From a virus (Duplodnaviria; Caudoviricetes): a DNA stretch of 47,325 nt. Where the stretch lies: positions 1 to 47,325 of IMG/VR virus record IMGVR_UViG_3300031454_000253; one strand, given 5' to 3'. The notes beneath the pieces were generated by a model that made no database searches, was not told where the DNA came from, and saw nothing but the letters and a program-made list of their open reading frames with translations. A program made the position numbers and the translations under genes. This document shows, in pieces, positions 7,048 through 15,800 of this stretch (the first letter of the stretch is position 1; each line of letters begins with the position of its first letter).

Positions 7048-9751
7048 TGAGCGCCCTCCGGTGTGCCGTTTCCTCAGCCTCGTCGGTTTCCTCATGCCAC
7101 GACTCCACGCGCCGCAAGTCATGAGTCATCGTGCCGCCCGGTGCGAGGGACATCGACCAGGAGGTTCGGTAGTACTTGCCCCAGCCGCTCGGGATCGGTA
7201 CGTCGTCAGATCGGGTCAGTCGCAGGAGCACGGTATCGCGCTTGTCGGGAATGTTCGTCGGGATCGTCTTCAGCTTGAGCTGACGATCCCACGTCTCGCC
7301 ATCATCGAGCATGTGATCAGCGATGATCGTCGCAGCCTCAATATCGGCGAGAGCAGGTCGCTCAACGATCTTGACGATGGTCCGCCGCATGTTCGGGATC
7401 GAGACCGGCGAAGCCGACCGATAGTTGGATCGCACGACCGCCAGCGGTGGAAGCTTCGTGTCGTTGCGCCGCACCACCACTCGGTTACAGAGGTTGGGTT
7501 GTTTGATGTCACTCGCCAGCGGCGGGATCACAACCGAACCGGGACCGCCGGCAAAGATGTCCACATGTGCCAGGTTGCGAATCGTGTGCATCGGAGATGC
7601 GTACAACTGACCGTGCTGGTTCGCGGCGAGCGGAAAGTAGCCGAGGGCTGCGAGTAGATCATTGGCGATCTTGAGCTTGGTGGTCCCGGCGTTCCATGTC
7701 ATCTCCGCTGGGAGGCGTTTCGTCGAGTGCGCAATGGTCGGGTCAGGCAGCCCGTGCAGCCCGCTCCTAATGACGCGCCGAATCTCATCGGTGTAGCGCG
7801 CACTCACCGGTGAGGTCCAGGTCGACGTGACGCCCTCCTGCGAAAGTGCCCAGGTGGTGTCGTATCCAGAGAAAGAGAGGATGCTCTGGTCCGGCCATAT
7901 CTCTTCGCCTGGTGGCTCCACGGAGAAGAGACCGACCGATTCCTCCTCCTCGCGTCCACCGGAGTAGCGCCGCTTGACCGTGACGAGTAGCCAGTCGGAA
8001 TAGGCGGAGATCAGCGGCGCACTCTCCTCGCCCCGCTCCCGCTTCGGCACCCACCAGTTACTGATGGGCCGCTCTCGCACCCGATCGCGCAGTTGCAGCC
8101 GAATCGATCCCGGCACGGCACGGTCGAGGTTGACCGCCAGCTCGCCGCCCGTCACGTACTCGCTCAGTTCGACCAAGGGGAGTCCATGGATATTGGCAAT
8201 CCATAACCCTGCCGCGACCGAGATGAGGCCACGCGGTGTGGGGCGCGCCACGATCTTGACCGGATCGAATCGAGAGAAGAGCCGCCCCTCGCCCGCGACA
8301 TCGCTACTTAGGTCACGAACCAGCCGCAGGTTCGTCGCGCCGAGGACTGCCGTGCCGATCAGGTTGGCATTGAGCGTGAAGGTTCCGCCTAGTGTCGGGC
8401 CTCCGAGCGTGGCATCCGCGACGATGCTTGCCGCGATGCCGGTATAGAGACCGATGTACCCGGCCACCGATGTCGTACTGATGATCTGCGCGGTGAGTGG
8501 GTGGCCGCCGACCAGACCGGCGACAACCTGCGCCTGGGCCACGATATTGGCGGTGATCGGGTTGCTTCCTGATGTCGGGAAGGCCACCCAACCGAGTTGA
8601 TAGTTGCCGGTGTTGCCGCTGACGTAACCGAGGGTGAAGCCGTCCGCGGTTGGCGTGATCGTGCCACTCGATAAGATCGGAGCGCCCGAGGCGTGATTGA
8701 TGTTCGGCGCGGCGAGCGTACTCAGGATGCGCGCATAGGAGGCCGAGGTCGCCTGCGCGTTGAGATCGACAATGCCCTGATAAACCTGAGCCGCAGGGAT
8801 CGCTGTGGTGGCCGCGCCGATGCCGAAGACCGCACCTGATGCCCCCACGGTTCCCGGCGTTACGGTGTTATTCAACCCGACCAGCACACCGGACGGGCGG
8901 AACGTCAGGCCGGTGACGCTATCGGCGGTATCGGGCGTCGCCGCCAGGACGCCAGCGGCAATATCCGCCGTCGTACAGCGCAGCGCCAGACCGCATGTAA
9001 ACTCCGCGGTCGACGCCGCGGCGGTATCCCACAGCCAGGTGATCTGTCCGGTGCCCCAGGCGGAGACGTGACCGCGCCCACGATCGGTTCCGGCGGTGAC
9101 CCGCGAGTAGGCGTTGCTAAATGTGCGATCGGTCACCGTCGAGGTTGACGGGTTGGATGATTCGGCCTCAGCCCAGCGCGCACCACTGAAGGTGTCGACA
9201 CCGAAGCCGAGTAAGCCGCGTGATAAAGCTGCCGCCGTGGGGACGTTGGCTAGAATCAACGCATGCGGATCGAAGCCAGGTGTCGTGATGGTCTGGGTCG
9301 ATCCCGCCGTAGTCGAAGCGGCACTCCAATCCACGGCGACGGCTGAAAGATCGTCGCCACCTAACGCCAGATAGTGGAGTAGGAGGCCAGTCGTCGGCCC
9401 GGTGCCCCAGGTCAGGGTAAAGGCGTTGCCACTGAAGGCGACCGACGCCCGAAGTGACCCAAACTTCGTATAGGTGGCGATGATATCAGTCGTTGAGCGA
9501 CTTACCGCCGCCGCACCGCCGGAGACACCGGCGTCGTGAAAGCTGAATGCGCTGCGCTGCTGAACCCCGGTCGAGGCGTTCGCGGCAGAGGCAAAGCCGA
9601 TGCACATGCCGACGTCACGCGAGGCAGTCGAGTCCGCCGTCTGGAACGTGGTCCAGAGGATCAGCCCCTTGATCGGGAAGCCGACGTCAATCGTCTGCGT
9701 CGCACCGTTGCCCGAGGTTGTGCTGGTGACCTGCCCGGCGCGTGTCAGCAC
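7040..9751 (-). CDS. Minor tail/baseplate hub protein with N-terminal beta-rich domain and about 21-aa repeats
   Basis: C-terminal half resembles siphovirus hub/Tal proteins (GELAVNLDRAV, CNRVVV); central LxAxIxxxAxLxG repeats; position downstream of the tape measure. Confidence 0.75.
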   Translation of the reverse strand: MLTRAGQVTSTTSGNGATQTIDVGFPIKGLILWTTFQTADSTASRDVGMCIGFASAANASTGVQQRSAFSFHDAGVSGGAAAVSRSTTDIIATYTKFGSLRASVAFSGNAFTLTWGTGPTTGLLLHYLALGGDDLSAVAVDWSAASTTAGSTQTITTPGFDPHALILANVPTAAALSRGLLGFGVDTFSGARWAEAESSNPSTSTVTDRTFSNAYSRVTAGTDRGRGHVSAWGTGQITWLWDTAAASTAEFTCGLALRCTTADIAAGVLAATPDTADSVTGLTFRPSGVLVGLNNTVTPGTVGASGAVFGIGAATTAIPAAQVYQGIVDLNAQATSASYARILSTLAAPNINHASGAPILSSGTITPTADGFTLGYVSGNTGNYQLGWVAFPTSGSNPITANIVAQAQVVAGLVGGHPLTAQIISTTSVAGYIGLYTGIAASIVADATLGGPTLGGTFTLNANLIGTAVLGATNLRLVRDLSSDVAGEGRLFSRFDPVKIVARPTPRGLISVAAGLWIANIHGLPLVELSEYVTGGELAVNLDRAVPGSIRLQLRDRVRERPISNWWVPKRERGEESAPLISAYSDWLLVTVKRRYSGGREEEESVGLFSVEPPGEEIWPDQSILSFSGYDTTWALSQEGVTSTWTSPVSARYTDEIRRVIRSGLHGLPDPTIAHSTKRLPAEMTWNAGTTKLKIANDLLAALGYFPLAANQHGQLYASPMHTIRNLAHVDIFAGGPGSVVIPPLASDIKQPNLCNRVVVRRNDTKLPPLAVVRSNYRSASPVSIPNMRRTIVKIVERPALADIEAATIIADHMLDDGETWDRQLKLKTIPTNIPDKRDTVLLRLTRSDDVPIPSGWGKYYRTSWSMSLAPGGTMTHDLRRVESWHEETDEAEETAHRRALNG

Positions 9752-9800
9752 GTCGTCTCAGCCCTCAGTAACCGCATACCAACCTTCATGGCAGACGTTA

Positions 9801-10223
9801 TCATCCCTCCGCGATCGTGAGTACGCCGGCAGCGAAACTAGGTGCCACGTCACCGGCATTGACAGTCCGGCTCGCACCAAGAATGTCGTTGTAGAGCATG
9901 TTGCCACCGGTCGCGGCGTCATAGATCGCAACATGGGTGATCGTGCCCCAGTTCGCGCTTGGATTCGGGAACGTGATCGGGTTGACGTTCGTGATCCGCA
10001 TCCGCCCCGCTCCATCATCCGACGGTGCGCTCCACTGCGCGTCCGCGACGGCGATCTGGACGCGAGCGTAGCCGCTGCCAGTTGTGGCGACTTCTGCCCC
10101 CGCCGCCTCCGGGTCGGCGGTATGTAGCGCGATGTAGACGCTCGTCGGCTTGGTCGGCATCGTGGCCGTTCGAAAGTAATAGTTGAGGACTGCCGTCTCG
10201 GCGTAGTCTGATTTCCCTGCCAT
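9801..10223 (-). CDS. Small virion beta-sandwich fibre subunit (bead-like)
   Basis: SDYAETAVLN..YIALHTADP..GSGYARV..ITFP..ANWGTITHVAIYDAATGGNML pattern of a widespread phage structural family. Confidence 0.8.
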   Translation of the reverse strand: MAGKSDYAETAVLNYYFRTATMPTKPTSVYIALHTADPEAAGAEVATTGSGYARVQIAVADAQWSAPSDDGAGRMRITNVNPITFPNPSANWGTITHVAIYDAATGGNMLYNDILGASRTVNAGDVAPSFAAGVLTIAEG

Positions 10224-10226
10224 GGC

Positions 10227-12848
10227 TTACCCTTCCTTTCCTTCACGGTAGCTGGTCGCTTCGATGGTGAGACTGACGCCGTAACCATCGTTCTTGTTGT
10301 CGTGGGTGACGTCGAGGTCTTTGATAATCCCGAAGATACGATCGCCACGCGGCGTACGCAGACAGACCGTCTCGTTACGCGGCGCGGATCCGAGTCCCTC
10401 TCGCTGCGCATCGAGGTAGATCGCCATCAACTGATCGAGTGTCGTCTTTGGAGTCGGTGCGTCCGGAATCGGAATGAGGCGCGTCGCGAGACGGATCTCC
10501 CTGCCCCCGCTCGCATGGGCAATCGCAGTCGGGCTCGGGTTATTCCAGGTCTGCACGAAGGTGACCCGTGGCGAGTACGAGATGCTGCGGCTGTCGTAAT
10601 ACGGCAGCTGGACGCGCCCTCGCGTCGGGTCATCTGCCAGGTTGATGACGGTCGCCGACAGATTGATCGTCACCGTGAACTCGGCGACTGCACTGGCGCG
10701 AATGTCGGTCCCCTGAATCATCTCCCACCAAAGTCGGTAGAGATACGGTTGGCCGGAGCGCGGGTGGTAATCCTGGAAGCGCGTCTGGATGATGCTCGTG
10801 AAGTTCGCAACCTCCTTGCGTGTTTCCGGTCGCCCCTCCTCTTCACGGGTGACGACGTAGCGCATGAAGTCTGACGTCGTGACAATCGGCTGATCCCAGG
10901 TTCCCTGCACCACGCTCGCTCGGTTGCCATCGAGATCGAGCGCAAACTCGCCAAACACCGCGTTCGCCAGCGTTGCCGGCGTCGGGTAGTCCACCCGGAA
11001 TCGCCGCACCGCGCTCTGACCGGCGATTCCGTTGCTCGCCGTTACCTCAACGATGACGTCGTAATCGGTGTCGTCGTGCAGGTAGCCCGCCGGGATGACA
11101 TGGCTGGTCGCTGTAGCGGAAAAGACATCGCGGCTGGTGTAGGCCAGGGTGGTGGTATTGCGCAGATAGACGAGCACCCGGAACTTTGTCTTCGTCAGAC
11201 CAGCCGGGACGGTTGGGATCGTCGATGTCCAAGTCACGGTGATCTGGTTGCTCGCGATCGTCGCGTCCTGCGCCGGAGCGGTCAGTGTGACAATCGGTGA
11301 GTCGATATAGACGAAGCTTTCGGCTTTCGACCACGGGCCGGCGATCGTCCCGTCGTTACCACGCGCCCGGATCAGATACTGTCCGTAGCTCCCGGCGGGC
11401 ACATGCGTCGTCGTGAGCGACAGCCGCCAGAGTTTCGTCGCCGCATCGTACTCAGTTGTCGTTGCCGTCACCACGCTCAGGTCGGGTCGCGTAATCTCTA
11501 CCTCACCGAATAGACCGGTGGCGATGGTGTCGTCGGGGTCGGTCAACTCGAAGCGCACATCGGGTCGTGCACCGGTCGGGCGGTTCCCCCGTGGCGTGAG
11601 ATTCACCGGCGTATTCGGTCGTGCGTTGAAACGAGCGCGGAATCCAGCACTCGGGGCATAGGGGCCGATGGCACCAGCGGTGTCGCGGCTCCGCGACTTG
11701 AAGCGGATGTCCATGCCGGGGTCGATGGCGACGAATCCCGTTTGCGCCCAAGTGACCGACCATGCCGCACCGGGAGCGATGCTCTTGGTAATCAACGGCG
11801 ATGGACCACGAATGATAATCTCACGACTACCGCGTCGCTGGACGGCGATAATCTGGACCGCATTGGCGCTGAGGCCTCCGGCGTGTGCGTAGACACCGCC
11901 GAGGTCGGGTGTGTAGGTCTGGTGGATCGCCGTCTGATCGGTCGTCCCGTTGACGGTGGTGAGCGTGGTACCGCCAGCAGACTGGACGGTGACTGTGACC
12001 CAACTTGTCCAGTCAGACCAGGCGTGGAAGTGGTCATACGTTCGTACGCGCCAGGTCAGGGTGTCGTTGGCGTTGAGCATTGACCCCTCATAGGACCGAG
12101 CGAAGGCATTGCTCGCTCGCTCCTCTGGCGTTGCCGCGTAAGCCCGGTCCCAGATCAGGGTTGTGCCACGGAGCACCTGGAGGTGATAGCCCCGCAGGTA
12201 ATCACCCAGACCGCTGTTCGGGTCGCTGAAGGTGCCGGAGAAGATCGTCGGTGTCGACACCGGAATAATCGTGTCCGCACTTGGAGAGAGCGCGATGGCC
12301 AGGTTCGGCTTGACGTTTGGCGTGTAGATGGCCCAGGTCGCGAGGCGAGGAACGTCGGTCCGGCGCAGCTTGAGGATGAACGGGTTGCTCGGTGTGGTGC
12401 TATTCGCCGCGTCGCCTTCCGCCGTCTGGCGCGGGGAGAGGTCGGGGTTGCCGCCGATGCGGATTGCGTTGGCCGCACTGCGCGTGCCGACCCAGAGGAC
12501 GTCGCCCTCCGAGACAGGGAACGAGGTGCCGTTGAGGAGCGACCCATCTCCGTAAGTGATCGGAAGCTCCAGTGACTCGCCGCCGCTTGCCCCGGTCAGC
12601 GCGGCGTTCGTCGTCGCGGCGCTGCTGCCTCCCAGAAGGACAGTCGGATCGTAGTCGGATCCTTCCGCCTGATAGGCGACCATCGCCAAGCTTTGCGCGG
12701 CTAGCGCGGGGTCACGTCCGAGGTAGGCGCCAATCTTGGTCACAAAGCCGTTCGCGGCAACGGGGCCGATCAGACCCAGCGCCTCGGCGTAGGTGCTCTG
12801 AAGATAACCACTTGGCGGCGTGGTGACGATGCGTCCGATGACGGCCAC
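10227..12848 (-). CDS. Distal tail-type protein with Ig/FN3-like domains
   Basis: Directly after the tape measure; FN3 motifs (WRVRTYD..WSDW, YLIRARG..GPWS); Dit-like C-terminus (CLRTPRGDRIFG). Confidence 0.75.
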   Translation of the reverse strand: MAVIGRIVTTPPSGYLQSTYAEALGLIGPVAANGFVTKIGAYLGRDPALAAQSLAMVAYQAEGSDYDPTVLLGGSSAATTNAALTGASGGESLELPITYGDGSLLNGTSFPVSEGDVLWVGTRSAANAIRIGGNPDLSPRQTAEGDAANSTTPSNPFILKLRRTDVPRLATWAIYTPNVKPNLAIALSPSADTIIPVSTPTIFSGTFSDPNSGLGDYLRGYHLQVLRGTTLIWDRAYAATPEERASNAFARSYEGSMLNANDTLTWRVRTYDHFHAWSDWTSWVTVTVQSAGGTTLTTVNGTTDQTAIHQTYTPDLGGVYAHAGGLSANAVQIIAVQRRGSREIIIRGPSPLITKSIAPGAAWSVTWAQTGFVAIDPGMDIRFKSRSRDTAGAIGPYAPSAGFRARFNARPNTPVNLTPRGNRPTGARPDVRFELTDPDDTIATGLFGEVEITRPDLSVVTATTTEYDAATKLWRLSLTTTHVPAGSYGQYLIRARGNDGTIAGPWSKAESFVYIDSPIVTLTAPAQDATIASNQITVTWTSTIPTVPAGLTKTKFRVLVYLRNTTTLAYTSRDVFSATATSHVIPAGYLHDDTDYDVIVEVTASNGIAGQSAVRRFRVDYPTPATLANAVFGEFALDLDGNRASVVQGTWDQPIVTTSDFMRYVVTREEEGRPETRKEVANFTSIIQTRFQDYHPRSGQPYLYRLWWEMIQGTDIRASAVAEFTVTINLSATVINLADDPTRGRVQLPYYDSRSISYSPRVTFVQTWNNPSPTAIAHASGGREIRLATRLIPIPDAPTPKTTLDQLMAIYLDAQREGLGSAPRNETVCLRTPRGDRIFGIIKDLDVTHDNKNDGYGVSLTIEATSYREGKEG

Positions 12849-12850
12849 GG

Positions 12851-15800
12851 CTACACCCCCAGGTCCGCGTAGCTATTGCGGACCGAGTGGCCCATCAGGT
12901 CGACGAGGGTGTGAATCGCATCGTTGATGCGCGGGTCGGAGGATCCGCCGGCATCGGTGCCGTTGATGCTGAGGTGATAGGTGTCGCCGTGGTTGACGGT
13001 GGAGCTTCCGCCACCCCCACCGGCTCCCGCGACGCCAGGGATCCTTGACGTGCGTGCGGATCGTGGGGATCGCATATTCGCGAAGACATCTTCCGCCGCA
13101 CTGGACAGGCGCCCAGCCGCATCAGCGGCAAGTGACGAGGTGTCGGTCATGCCGAGTCCAAACCCCTGACCGATGAACTGCCCGTACTTTCGGTAGAGCT
13201 TGGACGGTGACTCGATGCCGTTGTACTGAACCGTCGCGCCGGCCGCAGCGGCGGAAAGCTGATCCGCCGCTGCGGCAACCGAACCCGCCATTGACGAGAT
13301 GCCGAGTGCGAAGCCGAGTCCGATATTGGCACCGGCGGCATAGGCGGCATCGTACCCACCACCCAGGGCCGCTCCCACATCGGCGGCGGCCTGCCCCGCT
13401 GCTCCAACTGCCGCATCAAGGCCACCCTGGAGTCCGTCCTTGAACCCATTTCCCGCATCAGATCCGGCCGTCGCCGCGTTCCCGGCGAACCCCTGAAGGT
13501 CGCTCGACATGGCCGATGTCGCGGTGTTGACTGCCGTCGTTACCGTCGTCATGGCCGTCGTTATCGCCGTGGACATATTCGTCCCGGCCTGGGTCATCAG
13601 CGCCCCGGCCTGCCCCGCAAAAGTTCCGATGGCGGTTTGCATGGTGGTCAGCGCCGTCGTGACCGTGGTTTGTATTGCCGTCATCGCCGACGTGATCGGC
13701 GTCTGCATATTCGTCCCGGCCTGCGCCATCAGGGCGCCAGCTTGCCCCGCAAACGCCCCGATGGCGGTTTGCATTGCGGTGAGACCGGTCGTCACTATCG
13801 TCTTGATAGTCGTCATTGCCGTCGTGATTGGTGTCTGCATGTTCGTTCCGGCTTGCGTCATCAGGGCGCCAGCCTGACCGGCAAAGGTGCCGATGGCCGT
13901 TTGCATCGTGGTGAGCGCTGTCGTGACCGCAGTCTGGATCGCCGGCATCTTCGACGTGATCGCCGTCTGCATGTTGGTCCCGGCCTGCGTCATGAGCAGA
14001 CCGGCCTGTCCCGCAAAGGTGCCGATGGCCGTTTGCATCGTGGTCAGACCGGTTGTGACCGCCGTGCCGATCGTGGCCATGGCCGTGGTGATAAGTGGAG
14101 CGGCCGCCGTGAATTGCGCGATCATCGGCGCGAGCAAGCCACCACCACCGGCAGCACCTTGACCGCCGCCCGGCCCGCCCATCGCGGTTGGTCCGCCGCC
14201 ACTTCCGCCACCAGAGAGAGCAGCCGTGATGGTTGCCATGCCAGTGGTTACTGCCGCAGCGACTGAAGTCATCGCAGCGGTGATCAGCGGGACGGCAGCT
14301 GTGAACTGGGCGATAAAGGGACCCAGGATTCCGCCGCCATCGCCAGCCCCACCTTGACCACCACCTGGCCCGCCCAGAGCCGTCGGTCCACCAGCGCCGC
14401 CGCCACCAGAGAGGGCAGCCGTAATCGTTGCCATGCCAGCGATGACAGCGGTAGCGACTGTCGTCATTGCGGTGGTGATCAGCGGAACGGCAGCGGTAAA
14501 TTGCGCGATAAAAGACCCGAGAATACCACCGCCCGAGGTGCTCGGCGAGAGGCTTCCTGGTGTACCGCCGCCGTCGCCGGCGAGGGTGGTCCCAGAGAGC
14601 GACGCCGTAATCGTGTCCATCCCGGAACTGACCGCAAGCGCAACATCATCCATTGCCGCCGTGACAAGGGGAACGGCCGCGTTGAACTGGGCGATCAGTG
14701 GGGCCAAAAGACCGCCAGCCGTGTCACCTTCCCCCGCAACTGCACCATCGACCCCGCCAAATAGACCAGCTAGCTTCGTGGTGACTGCGTCCCTGACCGG
14801 CTTGAAGTCCGCCTGATCGATGCCGTCCGAGACGTCGGTGACGAGGTTGTTGGCGATGCCGAGGCCGATCCCCGATCCGCCTGATGCCGCGCCCTGGCCA
14901 CCACCCGGCCCACCGAGGGCTGTTGGCCCCCCGTTCGCAAAGGCGGCGTCAACGACGTTCATGATGCCTTCGTTGAGTGCCGTACCGATCGGCGTGAAGT
15001 CGGCGGTCCCCATCGCAGCGACGATCTGGTCGGTCGTCATGCCGGTGATGTCTATGCCGAGCGCGAATGCCTGCGCCGCGAGGTCGGTGGGGATAACAGC
15101 CGCGCCACTGAACTCGGTTCCAAGATTCGTGCCGTACGCCGCGCCGCCCGCTGACCCCGCTTCGCCGCCCGCGAACCTTGCCGCATCGACCATCGACGGC
15201 AGGGCGTCATTGAGCGGCGTGGAAACGATGCTTGGGTCTGGTCCATCGAAGACCGCATCACCGCCTTCAAACCCAACGCCGAGACTCCCGAAGTATGCGT
15301 CCTGCAACAGTTCGCCAGCGGGGCCTCCCATCGCCGTCCCGATACCTGGCAGTTCACTGCTCACCGTGGCAAATGAGTCACTGACGGGAGCCGTCACTCC
15401 TTCCACTATTGGAGCAGTGGCTTCAGGCGGGGCGTTTGTGAACGCCCCAGTGATTGTCTCCCAGAGCCGACCAATGAGGTCACCAGCGGCACTCGCGATC
15501 CCGCTAAGGTCAAAGTTTCTGAAGATGTCAAGAACCTTATCGACGCCGGCCTTCAGGAAGTTCGTGATCGCGCTTCCGAGAACATCGCCAGGGTCTGATC
15601 CTCCCTGACTCGGCGTTCCCGGTGAACCATTGAATCCGCCTGGAACCGGACCACTCCCGCCACCGAGCGCGGAGGAGATGCCAGACATGAGATCACTCCA
15701 CCACTGGCGGGCGCCATCGATCGCCTCGCCGATGGCGGCGGACGCAGGTCCGTTGGTAAATCCCTCGACGAGCTTTCCGACGATGTGCTTGACCAGGTTA

